Assembly: GCA_041389495.1 (NCBI GenBank) | Contig: JAWKRT010000002.1 | Span: forward strand, 960,405 to 1,024,404 | Direction of reading: 5' to 3' | Origin: Myxococcota bacterium | GTDB lineage: Bacteria; Myxococcota_A; UBA9160; UBA4427 | Length of the DNA: 64,000 nt | In this document: in pieces, positions 1 through 9,409 of the stretch | Numbering within the stretch: position 1 is the first letter of the stretch | Layout of the letters: each line of letters starts with the position of its first letter | Notes under the pieces: generated by a model | Seen by the model: only the letters and a program-made list of their open reading frames with translations | The model's database searches: none | What the model was told of the DNA's origin: nothing | Position numbers and translations under genes: made by a program

Positions 1-872
1 CGAGCGAGGCGATGAAGGCCGAGCTCCTGCCGAAGATCACGGCGGGCGAGATCCTCTTCTGCATCGGCTACACCGAGCCCGGCGCCGGCACCGACCTCGC
101 GTCGCTCAAGACGCGCGCCGACCGCGACGGCGACGAGTACGTCATCAACGGGCAGAAGATCTTCACGTCCGTCGCCGGCGACGCGGACTACATCTGGCTC
201 GCGGCGCGCACCGACCAGGAGGCCGCGAAGCACGGCGGCATCTCGATGTTCGTCGTGCCGATGGACACGCCCGGCATCCGCATCGAGCCGATGCACCTGC
301 TGTCGCACCACGACATCAACACGACCTTCTTCGACGACGTGCGCGTGCCCGCGAGCGCGCTCGTCGGCGGCGAGAACAAGGGCTGGAAGCTCATCACGAG
401 CCAGCTCAACCACGAGCGCGTCACGCTCTGCTCGTCGGGCATGATCGAGGGCACGTTCGAGGCGGTGCTCGCGTGGGCGCGCGAGACGAAGCGCGCCGAC
501 GGCACGCGCGTGATCGACCAGGAGTGGGTGCGCACGAACCTGGCGCGCGTCTGGGCGGGCATCCAGTTCATGCGCCTCCAGAACTGGAAGGTCGCCTTCG
601 ACGCCACGCACGGCGAGCTCGCGCCGCAGGACGCCTCCGCGCTCAAGGTCTACGGCACCGAGTTCTACATGCAGGCGATCCGGCTCATGATGGAGGTCAT
701 CGGGCCGCGCGCGTATCTCGTGCGCGAGTCGGCCGAGGCCGTCCTGATGGGCCAGCTCGACAACGTCTACCGCTCGCTCCTCATCCTGACGTTCGGCGGT
801 GGCACCAACGAAGTGCAGCGCGACCTGATCGGGCTGTTCGGGCTGCGCCTGCCGCGCATCCCGCGGATGTAG
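1..872 (+). CDS. acyl-CoA dehydrogenase, C-terminal ~290 aa (5' end outside window)
   Basis: The frame is open to the window edge. It carries ACAD motifs CIGYTEPGAGTDLASLKT and LTFGGGTNEVQRDLIG, and GC3 is high. Confidence 0.9.
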   Translation, partial: SEAMKAELLPKITAGEILFCIGYTEPGAGTDLASLKTRADRDGDEYVINGQKIFTSVAGDADYIWLAARTDQEAAKHGGISMFVVPMDTPGIRIEPMHLLSHHDINTTFFDDVRVPASALVGGENKGWKLITSQLNHERVTLCSSGMIEGTFEAVLAWARETKRADGTRVIDQEWVRTNLARVWAGIQFMRLQNWKVAFDATHGELAPQDASALKVYGTEFYMQAIRLMMEVIGPRAYLVRESAEAVLMGQLDNVYRSLLILTFGGGTNEVQRDLIGLFGLRLPRIPRM

Positions 873-900
873 TCCGGCCGCGGCCGGCACGGAGACGACG

Positions 901-2052
901 ATGGACTTCGGTTACAGCGACGAGCAGCAGGCGATCGTCGAGCTCGCGAGCCAGGTGCTCGCCGAGCACTCGAGCCACGAGCGGCAGCGCGCCGTCGAGA
1001 CGAGCGGCGGGCCGCGCTTCGACGCCGAGCTGTGGAAGCAGCTCGCGGAGACGGGCCTGCTCGGCACGGCCGTGCCCGAGGCGCAGGGGGGCGCGGGCCT
1101 CGGCTTCCTCGAGGTCGCGGCGATCTGCGAGAAGGTCGGCCGGCACACCGCCGCGGTGCCCTTCCTCGAGACGGTCGTCGGCGGCGTGCTGCCGATCGCC
1201 GAGTTCGGGAGCGAGAAGCAGCGCGAGGAATGGCTGCCGCGCGTCGCGGAGGGCCGCGCGATCCTGACCGCGGCGCTGCAGGAGGACCAGGCGGACCCGG
1301 CGAAGCCCGCGACGAGCGCGCGCCGCGACGGCGCGGGCTGGGTGCTCTCGGGTGCGAAGCTTCCCGTCGCGTTCGCCGAGCTCGCCGATCTCGTGCTCGT
1401 GCCCGCCACGCTCGACGGCGGCGACGTCGCCGTGTTCCTCGTCGACCCGAAGGCGAAGGGCGTGTCGCTCGTGCCGCTCGCGACCATGACGGGCCAGCCC
1501 GCGTCGCTCCTGCGCCTCGACGGCGTGCGCGTCGGCGAGGACGCGGTGCTCGGCGGCGTCGGCGCGGGGCGCCTCGTGCTCGACGGCATGCGGCTGCGCG
1601 CGACGGCCGCGCAGTGCGCGGCGGGTGCGGGCCTGTGCGAGGCCGCGCTCGAGATGACGGCCGCCTACATCAAGGAGCGCAAGCAGTTCGGACAGCCGAT
1701 CGCGATGTTCCAGGCCGTCGGCCACCGCGCGGCCGACGCGTTCATCGACGTGCAGGCCGTGCGGCTCACCGCGCAGCAGGCGTGCTGGCGCATCGCGGCG
1801 GGGCTGCCCGCCGAGAGCGAGGTCGCGCTCGCGAAGTACTGGCTCGCCGAGGCCGGCGCGCGCGTCGTCGCGGCCGCGCAGCACCTGCACGGCGGCATGG
1901 GCGTCGACCGCGACTACCCCGTCCACCGCTTCTACCTGTTCGCGAAGCAGCTCGAGCTCGATCTCGGCGGCGCGACGCGGCAGCTGCTGCGCATCGGCGA
2001 CCACCTCGCCGAGATGCCGCTCGGCGAGGTGGGGGCGCGCTTCCAGCCGTGA
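901..2052 (+). CDS. acyl-CoA dehydrogenase family protein (probable partner subunit of the upstream ACAD)
   Basis: 383-aa ORF with an ATG start. The N-terminus MDFGYSDEQQAIVELA is ACAD-like, and the C-terminal KQFGQPIAMFQAV..HLHGGMG motifs fit. It lies 29 nt after the preceding ACAD. Confidence 0.9.
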   Translation: MDFGYSDEQQAIVELASQVLAEHSSHERQRAVETSGGPRFDAELWKQLAETGLLGTAVPEAQGGAGLGFLEVAAICEKVGRHTAAVPFLETVVGGVLPIAEFGSEKQREEWLPRVAEGRAILTAALQEDQADPAKPATSARRDGAGWVLSGAKLPVAFAELADLVLVPATLDGGDVAVFLVDPKAKGVSLVPLATMTGQPASLLRLDGVRVGEDAVLGGVGAGRLVLDGMRLRATAAQCAAGAGLCEAALEMTAAYIKERKQFGQPIAMFQAVGHRAADAFIDVQAVRLTAQQACWRIAAGLPAESEVALAKYWLAEAGARVVAAAQHLHGGMGVDRDYPVHRFYLFAKQLELDLGGATRQLLRIGDHLAEMPLGEVGARFQP

Positions 2053-3200
2053 TCACCGAGCTCGACGACTACGCCGTCCACCAGACGACCGACCCGGTCG
2101 CGCACCCCGCGACCGGCGATCGCAACTTCTACGACCGCTACTGGTTCAACGGCATCGACGCGGGCGGCGCGTTCACGTTCGAGGTGGGCTTCGGCCTCTA
2201 CCCGAACCGCTTCGTGCAGGACGGCCACGTGAGCGTGCTGTGCGACGGCGTGCAGACGAGCTTCCACGGCTCGCGGCGCGCGCCCGCCGAGCGGCGCGAC
2301 GGCTCGGTCGGGCCGCTGCGCGTCGCGGTCGAGCGGCCGCTGCGCGAGGTGCGCGTCGTGCTCGCGGCGAACGAGTCGGGCGTCGAGTGCGACCTGCTCT
2401 TCCGCGCGACGACGACGCCGACCGAGGAGCCCAAGAACGTGATGCGCGACGGCACGCGGCTCCTGATGGAGACGTCGCGCTTCACGCAGTTCGGGACGTG
2501 GGAAGGCTTCGTGCGCGTCGACGGCACGCGCATCGACGTGCGCGCGGAGACGACGTACGGCACGCGCGACCGCTCGTGGGGCGTGCGTCCGGTGGGCGAG
2601 CCCGAGGGCGGCGCGCCCGGCAAGCTCGCGACGCCGGGCGTGCACTGGGTGTGGGCGCCGCTCCAGTTCGACGACGTGTGCACGCAGTACGGCACGTTCC
2701 AGGACCCGGACGGCCGGCCGACGCAGCTCTCGGCCTGCATCGTCCCGCGCCACGCGACGCCCGACGCCGTGCCCGCGCGCGAGGACGCGCACCGCGAGAT
2801 GCGGCGCATGTCGCACGCGACGCGCTTCGCGGCGGGAACGCGCTGGCCCGAGTCGGCGACGCTCTCGTTCGAGACGCGCGAGGGCGAGGCCGTCGAGATC
2901 GCGCTCGAGCCCATCCCGGGCATCCCGCGCTTCCACATGCACGGCATCGGCTACCGCCATCCCGAGTGGGGGCACGGCCTGTGGAAGGGCGACCTCGCCG
3001 TCGCGGGCGAGCGCTGGAAGCTCGCCGACGTCGACCCGCGCGACCCCGTCGCCATCCACGCGCACACGCCCGTGCGCGCGCGCATGACGGGGCTCGGCCG
3101 CGAGCGCACGGGCATCGGCACGCTCGAGACGATTCCCTTCGGTCCGCACGCGCCGTCCGGGCTCACCGGCATCCTCGACGGCGCGCCCGCGCGCGACTGA
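2049..3200 (+). CDS. conserved hypothetical protein (function unknown)
   Basis: A GTG at 2049 overlaps the upstream TGA (GTGA). Protein-like composition begins at VITELDDYAVHQTTDP. The upstream 1032-2048 part of the same ORF is an Arg/Ala shadow. Confidence 0.7.
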   Translation: MITELDDYAVHQTTDPVAHPATGDRNFYDRYWFNGIDAGGAFTFEVGFGLYPNRFVQDGHVSVLCDGVQTSFHGSRRAPAERRDGSVGPLRVAVERPLREVRVVLAANESGVECDLLFRATTTPTEEPKNVMRDGTRLLMETSRFTQFGTWEGFVRVDGTRIDVRAETTYGTRDRSWGVRPVGEPEGGAPGKLATPGVHWVWAPLQFDDVCTQYGTFQDPDGRPTQLSACIVPRHATPDAVPAREDAHREMRRMSHATRFAAGTRWPESATLSFETREGEAVEIALEPIPGIPRFHMHGIGYRHPEWGHGLWKGDLAVAGERWKLADVDPRDPVAIHAHTPVRARMTGLGRERTGIGTLETIPFGPHAPSGLTGILDGAPARD

Positions 3201-3225
3201 CCCGACCCACCGAGGAGGCCCCGCC

Positions 3226-3681
3226 ATGACGATCGAAGACCCGCGCCCCGCGATCCACGTCGGCCGCGACGACCTGCCGTTCGTCGGCATGCCCGACAAG
3301 GCGCAGCTCAAGGTGCTGCAGGTGAAGCGCGGCGAAGGCCTCTGGATCATCGAGAACATCTTCCCGGCCGGCTACGAGGTGCAGACGCACCGCCACAGCG
3401 GCCCCGTCTGGGGCTACACGGTGAGCGGCGCGTGGAAGTACAAGGAGTACGACTACGTCAACCGCGCCGGCTCCTTCCTCTACGAGCCGGCGGGCTCCGT
3501 CCACACGCTGCAGTCGATCGAGGACGACACGCGCGTGTGGTTCCACATGTACGGCGTCAACATGAACCTCGACGCGAACGGCAACGTGGAGTCCGTCGTG
3601 AGCGGCGACACGGCACTCGCCTACTACCTGTATGCATGCAAAGAGCTGGGATACGGGGAGCCCAACGTCCTCGTCGAGTAG
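3226..3681 (+). CDS. cupin-fold protein, 2,4'-dihydroxyacetophenone dioxygenase-like family
   Basis: 151 aa with a GAGGAGG RBS upstream. The cupin metal motif region QTHRHSGPVWGYTVSGAWKY..PAGSVHTL is present. Confidence 0.8.
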   Translation: MTIEDPRPAIHVGRDDLPFVGMPDKAQLKVLQVKRGEGLWIIENIFPAGYEVQTHRHSGPVWGYTVSGAWKYKEYDYVNRAGSFLYEPAGSVHTLQSIEDDTRVWFHMYGVNMNLDANGNVESVVSGDTALAYYLYACKELGYGEPNVLVE

Positions 3682-3694
3682 GTCACGGGCACGC

Positions 3695-3810
3695 GCGGCG
3701 GGCGGGCGTGTTTCGCGAATGGCTCGCCCGCGCGTCGGGGCTGGGTGCTCGCCAGGGGACGCTTCTAGCGCGGGCTCCGCTTTATTTCGCGAAACCCGCC
3801 CGCCCGCCGC
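3695..3810 (+). repeat. MITE/REP-like palindromic element, copy A (116 bp, 25-nt terminal inverted repeats)
   Basis: The left arm is gcggcgggcgggcgtgtttcgcgaa. The right arm ttcgcgaaacccgcccgcccgccgc is its reverse complement with 1 mismatch. The element is intergenic. Confidence 0.75.
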
Positions 3811-3943
3811 GCTTGCGGTCGATTCGCAGACGTTCGGCTCGCGTGGGCCTGGGACTGGGTGGCAGGGTGCCGCTGCGAGCTTCGCGGCCAGGCCTGCTCG
3901 AGATTGGGTGGCTCGATGGGTCGTCTGCGAGGGGGGGGTAGCC

Positions 3944-4291
3944 GTGGCGGGGGTCGTGTCGGGTTCGGCGGCGAACTTGGAGACGCGGCGGGTGTTTCTC
4001 GACGGGAGTGCGCGAAGCCATGCGCTCTTGCGGTCGGTCGCGGTCGGGCTGGGGGTGTATCAGCCGGGGTGGCGGTGGTCGCGACACGCGCAGCCCCAGA
4101 CGGGCAAGCCCTCCGAGAACCACGTCGGGTACGTGCTCTCCGGCGCCATGATGATCCAGGACGCGCGGGGACGAGAGATCCGCGTCGAGACGGGTTTCGC
4201 ATTCGAGATCGAAGCCGGCGGAGATGCCTGGGTCGTCGGCTCCGAGCCCTGCACCGCGCTCGATTTCATCCCGATCGTCCGCAATGCGTAG
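3944..4291 (+). CDS. small cupin domain protein
   Basis: The C-terminal 115 aa of ORF 3632..4291 look real (YQPGWRWSRH..HVGYVLSGAMMIQDARG..EAGGDAWVVGSEP) and GC3 is high. The start is uncertain: GTG 3944, GTG 3956 or TTG ~3974. Confidence 0.55.
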   Translation: MAGVVSGSAANLETRRVFLDGSARSHALLRSVAVGLGVYQPGWRWSRHAQPQTGKPSENHVGYVLSGAMMIQDARGREIRVETGFAFEIEAGGDAWVVGSEPCTALDFIPIVRNA

Positions 4292-4476
4292 GAAACACGA
4301 CATCGCGAGACGCCGACCCGACGAACGCTCGCTAGTCGACCGACCGCCTCGTACCGACTCCGAGTGCAGTTCCCCGTCCGCCGACTAGCAAGCCATCGAT
4401 CGGCAACCCGTTTCGATCGGGCCTTGCCACGCTGCAAGCGCCACCTCGATCGAACACGCACCCCGAGTCGCTCGCC

Positions 4477-4586
4477 GGCGGCGGGTGGGGGTTGCGAAAT
4501 CAAGCGCAGCCCGCGCTCGAAGAGCCCCTTGGCGAGCACGCCGCCACGACGCGCGGGCGAGCCATTCGCAACCCCACCCGCCGCCC
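4477..4586 (-). repeat. MITE/REP-like palindromic element, copy B (inverted relative to copy A)
   Basis: Its reverse complement aligns to copy A at about 80% identity, including the identical 22-nt core cgaatggctcgcccgcgcgtcg. It has its own terminal inverted repeats ggcggcgggtgggggttgcgaa / ttcgcaaccccacccgccgcc. Confidence 0.75.
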
Positions 4587-4602
4587 GCGAGCGCGCAGGC
4601 CT

Positions 4603-5460
4603 CTAGAGCTTGCCTTCGGCCATCAGGTCGCACGGGTCCTGGAGGTCGAGTGCGCCCGCATAGCCTCCCGCCGACGCGATCGCGTCGTGCACGGCGTAGC
4701 CGAGTACTTCCTGCGCGAGGCGGGGCAGGGTGCGCGCGACGTCGGGCGGGCAGGCGAGGTAGTTGTTCTCCTCGGTGCGCAGCCAGCCGCAGACGAAGCT
4801 CGTGTGCAGGCCGCGGCGCCAGCGATCGCTCGTCGTGTTGGCGCCGCCGGCGTGGATCGTGGAGCCCAGGTAGATGGCGGCCGAGCCGGCGGGCATCTCG
4901 GCGACTGCGAGCTCGCTCGGCTCGGCACTGCGTTCGCGCGGCCAGCGGTGGCTGCCCGGGACGATCCGGGTGGCGCCGAGCTCCGCGCGGAAGTCGTCGA
5001 GCGCGATCATCGTCGCGAGCTGCAGCTCGCCGTGCGGGCGCGGCACGTGCACCCACACGTCCTCGTCGCGGTGCAGCAGCTGCGGTTCGCTGCCGGGGCC
5101 GCGGTCGATCAGGTGGCCGAGGTTCAGCTGGTAGCGCGCGCAGCTCGGCAGGAGGATCGCGTCGCACAGCGCGAGCAGCGTCGGGTGCACCATCACCTCG
5201 CACGCGAACGTGCGCGACCGGCCCGGCAGGCCCGAGACGTGGCGCGTGCGCTTGCCGAAGAAGAAGCCGATCGCGGGGTTCAGGTGCTCCATCGACGGGT
5301 TCGCGGCCTCGCGCGCCGCGGCGACCTCGTCGTTGATGCGCGCGACGACGTCGCTCGCGAGCAGCCGCTCGACGATCACCGCGCCGTCGCGCTCGAGGAT
5401 CGCGAGCATCTCGTCGATCGGAGCGTCGGCCGCGACGCGCTCGATCCGGGCCTGCGACAT
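4603..5460 (-). CDS. phytanoyl-CoA dioxygenase (PhyH) family Fe(II)/2-oxoglutarate oxygenase
   Basis: 285 aa starting at ATG 5460 (MSQARIERV). PhyH-like motifs are LLHRDEDVW, GATRIVPGSHRW and TIHAGGANTT. Confidence 0.88.
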   Translation of the reverse strand: MSQARIERVAADAPIDEMLAILERDGAVIVERLLASDVVARINDEVAAAREAANPSMEHLNPAIGFFFGKRTRHVSGLPGRSRTFACEVMVHPTLLALCDAILLPSCARYQLNLGHLIDRGPGSEPQLLHRDEDVWVHVPRPHGELQLATMIALDDFRAELGATRIVPGSHRWPRERSAEPSELAVAEMPAGSAAIYLGSTIHAGGANTTSDRWRRGLHTSFVCGWLRTEENNYLACPPDVARTLPRLAQEVLGYAVHDAIASAGGYAGALDLQDPCDLMAEGKL

Positions 5461-5474
5461 CGAAACGTCCTCCG

Positions 5475-6698
5475 TCAGCCGATCACGCCGTCGGACCGCA
5501 GCGCGTCGAGGTCGGCGTCGGAGAGGCCGAGGTCGGCGCGGAGGAGGTCGCGCGTGTCGCGGCCGATGGTCGGCCAGCGCTCCGGCTCGCGCGGCGTGCT
5601 GCGCGAGAGCTTCACGGGGTTGCCGACGATGTGGACCGCGCCCTTCCCGTCGGGCCGCGGGATGCGCAGGATCATGTCGCGCAGCGCGACGTGCGCGTCG
5701 CGCTCGAGGTCGTCGGCCTCGTAGCTCGGGCCCGCGACGACGCCCGCGTCGGCGAGCGCCTGCGACGCGGCGAGCTTCGTCTTGTCGGCGGCCCAGGCCT
5801 CGATCGCCTCGCGGATCGCGCCGTCGGTGTGGTCGCGCCAGCCTTCGCGCGTCGCGAAGCGCGGGTCGTCGAGCCACTCCGGCTTGCCGATCGCGTGCGC
5901 GAGCCGCTCGAACTGGTGCTCGCGGCCGACCTGCATCACGAACAGGCCGTCCTTCGCGTGGAAGCACGACAGGATGCCGGGCCAGCTCCTGATCGAGTTG
6001 TCCATCACGCCGACGGTCGGGTTGAACGGCACCATGTCCATCATCGCCATCACGGCGTCGAGCATCGCGATGTCGACCTTCTGGCCGACGCCCGTGCGGT
6101 CGCGCCCGCGCAGCGCGGCGATCGCGCCGATCGTCGCGAAGAGCGCGCTCGTGATGTCGCCGAGCGCGCCGGCGACGCCGATGTTGGGCAGCCGCCCGGG
6201 CTCGGGGCGGAACGAGTAGAAGCCGCCCATCGCCTCGGGGATCGCCGCGTAGGCGGGCCAGCTTCGATAGGGCGAGTCGTGCAGGCTCCCGAAGCCCGAG
6301 ACCGCGACGTAGACGAGCCCGGGGTGGAGCTTCGCCAGCTCGTCGTAGCCGAGCCCGAACTTCTCCATCGTGCCCGGCTTGAAGTTCTCGGCGACGACGT
6401 CGTAGTGCGGGACGAGACGCTTCAGCAGCGCGGCGCCCTTCGGGTTCTTGAGGTCGAGCCCGAGGCTCCGCTTGCACAGGTTGTTGCGCAGGAAGGTCGC
6501 GCCCGCCGGCCGGCCGTCGGCGTCCGGGATGCTCGGCGCGGCGGTGCGGCCCGACTCGCCGTGCTCGGGGTGCTCGACCTTCACGACCTCGGCGCCGAGG
6601 TGCGCCATCAGCTGCGTCGCGAACGGCACGGCCTGCATCTGCTCGACGGCGAGGATGCGCACGCCTTCGAGGGGGAGGGGATGTCGGGGCTCGCTCAT
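5475..6698 (-). CDS. family III CoA-transferase (CaiB/BaiF type)
   Basis: 407 aa starting at ATG 6698. It carries LEGVRILAVEQMQAVPFATQLMAHLGAEVVKVE and VVAENFKPGTMEKFGLGY motifs. Its start overlaps the upstream stop (ATGA). Confidence 0.9.
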   Translation of the reverse strand: MSEPRHPLPLEGVRILAVEQMQAVPFATQLMAHLGAEVVKVEHPEHGESGRTAAPSIPDADGRPAGATFLRNNLCKRSLGLDLKNPKGAALLKRLVPHYDVVAENFKPGTMEKFGLGYDELAKLHPGLVYVAVSGFGSLHDSPYRSWPAYAAIPEAMGGFYSFRPEPGRLPNIGVAGALGDITSALFATIGAIAALRGRDRTGVGQKVDIAMLDAVMAMMDMVPFNPTVGVMDNSIRSWPGILSCFHAKDGLFVMQVGREHQFERLAHAIGKPEWLDDPRFATREGWRDHTDGAIREAIEAWAADKTKLAASQALADAGVVAGPSYEADDLERDAHVALRDMILRIPRPDGKGAVHIVGNPVKLSRSTPREPERWPTIGRDTRDLLRADLGLSDADLDALRSDGVIG

Positions 6699-8536
6699 CG
6701 TCGTTCCTTCGGGTTCGGGGAATCGGGGTGCGCCGCGCCGTTCGCGCGCTCGCGCTTTCCGAGGAAGGCGCGCGCCGGGTCGAAGACGCGCAGGAGCGCG
6801 AGCTCCTCGTCCGTCGCGGGCGCGAGCCGCTCGAGCGCGTCGGCCACCTCGAGCGCGAAGCCGCAGCGCGCGCGGATCTTCTCGACGGCCTCCTCGCGCG
6901 TCGCCCCCGCGCGCTCGAAGACGGCGGTCAGCACGAGCGCGCCGTCCGGCGCGCGCTTCTCGAACACGCCCATCGTCGAGACGACGGTCGCGACGCGCGC
7001 GCCCGGACTCGTCACGAAGTCGACGCGCTCGCGGAAGGTTCCCTTGCGCTGCACGGCGACGATCAGCAGCTCGCTCGACGCGTTCGCGAGGTCGTTCGCG
7101 CCGCCCGAGCCGACGATGAAGCTCCCGTCCGCGTTCCAGCTCGAGTTGACGTTGCCGAGGCGGTCGATCTGCCCGGCACCGAGCGTCGTGAGGCAGCGGT
7201 TCGTCGCGCCGCACGCGTGCAGGCCGAGCGTCTCGACGACGTCGGAGAGCAGCGTCGTCGTCGGCATGTTGCGGTAGTTCACGAGGAAGGGGTCGGCCGG
7301 GCGCGGGTCGTGGCCGTACATGCCCGTCTCGGCGGCGAGCGCGAAGTCGAGGCCCTCGCCCTCGCCGAGGTGCGAGGCGAGCCACGCGGCGAGCGCGGCC
7401 TGGCCGACGCCCGAGAGCACGAGGTCGAAGCCGCCGTCGCGCACGCGCGCGCGCACGCGGCGCGCCGCCTGCACGACCATCTCCTCGACGTCGGTCGCGG
7501 GGCCGGCCCCGTCGAGCGCGTCGCCCCAGTGCTCGAGCTCGGCGCGCCAGGTCTCGGGCCCGGCCAGGTACTCGAGCGCCTCGAGCCGGTCGCGCCCGAG
7601 CTTCGCGAGATAGCCGGCGGGGTCGCGCGCCGAGTAGACCCAGCGCTCGAGCCACTCCTGATAGGCGTCGTCGGACTCCTGCGCCGCGCGGTGCTCCGTC
7701 ATGAACGGGTAGTCGTTCGCGTAGGCGCGCAGCTCCGGGATCCCCGTCGCGTAGTTCCCGTACGGGTGCGAGCCGTACGGCGCTTCGCACACGGCCACGA
7801 CCTTCTCGGCCGGAATGCGCACGAGGTGCGAGTGGCGGCGCACGAAGTCGGTGTCGACGACCTCGTGCACGGTGAGCACGACGCCTTCGCGCGCGGCGAG
7901 CGCGCCGTAGACGTTCTCCTGGTGCGGCGGGAAGCAGACGGCGTTGCCGGCGGGGTCGGCCGCCCAGGCGTGCACGAACGCGACGTCGGGCGCGTACGCG
8001 CGCACGACGCCCTGCGCCGCGCCGCCTTCCGAGAACGGGTCGGCGACCTCCGCATAGCAACCTGCTTCGGCGAGCTCGCGCGCCATGTCGCTGCCCGCGA
8101 GCGAGCGCGTCGGCAGGAAGGGCACGCCCATCGCGCCGGCCAGCAGGCGCTGCGAGATCGTCAGCATCGTCCAGTTCTCGAGCTCGAGCGCGCCCGACGC
8201 GAGCGCGCGCGCGACGACGGGGCTCGGGCCGGGCGTCGGGTAGCCCTCGCCCGCGAACGACACGATCGCGCGGCGCAGGAGCCCGGCGCCGACGAGCTGG
8301 AGATAGTTGCCCGAGAGCGACGACGAGATGAACTCGAAGCCCGGCTCCGCGCCGCGGAACACGCGCATCAGCTCGTGCAGCGCCGCGACGGGGCGCGCCT
8401 GCAGGCTCACGGGGTTGATGCGCATTCCCGGGCGCACGAAGCGCTCGATGGCCTCGCGCAGCGAGCAGCGCTTGTCGGCGACGGGATCGCGCACGCGATC
8501 GAGCTTCGCCCCGACGACCCCGCGCCACCCGCTCAT
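6695..8536 (-). CDS. fused family I CoA-transferase (glutaconate CoA-transferase subunit A-like + subunit B-like in one polypeptide)
   Basis: 613-aa ORF. The N-terminal half is GctA-like (ENWTMLTISQRL..GVPFLPTRS). The C-terminal half is GctB-like (GAGQIDRLGNVNSS..GSGGANDLA). Confidence 0.8.
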   Translation of the reverse strand: MSGWRGVVGAKLDRVRDPVADKRCSLREAIERFVRPGMRINPVSLQARPVAALHELMRVFRGAEPGFEFISSSLSGNYLQLVGAGLLRRAIVSFAGEGYPTPGPSPVVARALASGALELENWTMLTISQRLLAGAMGVPFLPTRSLAGSDMARELAEAGCYAEVADPFSEGGAAQGVVRAYAPDVAFVHAWAADPAGNAVCFPPHQENVYGALAAREGVVLTVHEVVDTDFVRRHSHLVRIPAEKVVAVCEAPYGSHPYGNYATGIPELRAYANDYPFMTEHRAAQESDDAYQEWLERWVYSARDPAGYLAKLGRDRLEALEYLAGPETWRAELEHWGDALDGAGPATDVEEMVVQAARRVRARVRDGGFDLVLSGVGQAALAAWLASHLGEGEGLDFALAAETGMYGHDPRPADPFLVNYRNMPTTTLLSDVVETLGLHACGATNRCLTTLGAGQIDRLGNVNSSWNADGSFIVGSGGANDLANASSELLIVAVQRKGTFRERVDFVTSPGARVATVVSTMGVFEKRAPDGALVLTAVFERAGATREEAVEKIRARCGFALEVADALERLAPATDEELALLRVFDPARAFLGKRERANGAAHPDSPNPKERR

Positions 8537-8633
8537 CGCGCCTCCGCGCCGTCGGCGCGCAACCCCTGTCGCGTCGACGGCGCGGAGGATCCTAGCCCGC
8601 CTCGAGGAGCGCGCGCGGACGGCGCGCCGTGGC

Positions 8634-9224
8634 CTACGCGGGCGCGGCGGTCCACTCGCCGCGCTGTGCGACGGCGAGCCGCTCCGCTTCCGCGCGCGCG
8701 CGCCGCACGCGCATCTTCGCGGCCGACTCGCTGATGCCGAGCTCGTCGGCGATCTCGCGGTACGGCGCGTCGTCGGCCGTGCGCAGCACGAACGCGCGCC
8801 GGTTCACGTCGGAGAGCCGCCCGCACAGGAAGAGCGCGTCGCGCCGCACGTCGGGGCGCACGTCGATCGGCTTGCGCGCCCGCCAGTCGCTCGCGACGGC
8901 GGCGACGCGGCGATCGTGGCGGCGCCGCGCGCGCAGGTGCATGCGGCACGAGTTGGTGACGATGCGCTCGAGCCAGTGCGCGAAGGGCTGCACGGGCCGG
9001 TAGCGCGGCAGCGCACGAAACACCGACAGGAACACCTCCTGCGCGACGTCCTCGGCGTCGGCGCGCGAGCCGACGATCGCAGCGGCGCGCCGCTCGACGC
9101 GCGCGCGGTGGCGCGCGACGAGGACGTCGAACGCCTCGCACGGCGCGGGCAGCTCGCGCTGCGCGATCGCGACGAGCGCCTCGTCGCTCTCGTCCGCGAG
9201 GGTCGTGTACACCGCGACGGCCAT
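8634..9224 (-). CDS. ECF-type RNA polymerase sigma-70 factor (no adjacent anti-sigma)
   Basis: 196 aa with ATG 9224 preceded by GGACAGGAGG. The region 2 motif is DAEDVAQEVFLSVFRAL. The region 4 HTH is APYREIADELGISESAAKMRVRRAR. Confidence 0.85.
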   Translation of the reverse strand: MAVAVYTTLADESDEALVAIAQRELPAPCEAFDVLVARHRARVERRAAAIVGSRADAEDVAQEVFLSVFRALPRYRPVQPFAHWLERIVTNSCRMHLRARRRHDRRVAAVASDWRARKPIDVRPDVRRDALFLCGRLSDVNRRAFVLRTADDAPYREIADELGISESAAKMRVRRARAEAERLAVAQRGEWTAAPA

Positions 9225-9409
9225 CCCCTTCCTCCTGTCCGCTGCTGCATCCCGGCTCGCGCTCGCGCCGCGCGCGTGCGCGCGCGGACGGCTGCGTTCC
9301 GGGTGGCGGAGGGTGGGTGACTGCGTCGGCGCTGCGGGTTCCGGGTTTCCTCCGACTCCTCCGACTCCGCCGCGAAATCGCGCGCGGCCCGCCGCCGGAG
9401 GCGCGGCGC

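Noticed and set aside
1032-2048. The N-terminal 339 codons of ORF 1032..3200 as part of the downstream hypothetical protein.
   Set aside because: This part is an Arg-rich shadow of the ACAD gene at 901..2052. A GTG at 2049 forms a GTGA overlap with the ACAD stop and gives a sensible N-terminus.
9296-9342. Two GGAAC motifs (minus strand, within repeated acccggaac..cgcagc) upstream of the orphan ECF sigma at 9224, considered as ECF promoters.
   Set aside because: The -10 regions are poor: GTCA after 16 nt in one case and CACG after 17 nt in the other, with no CGTC. This is too weak to call without transcription-start data.
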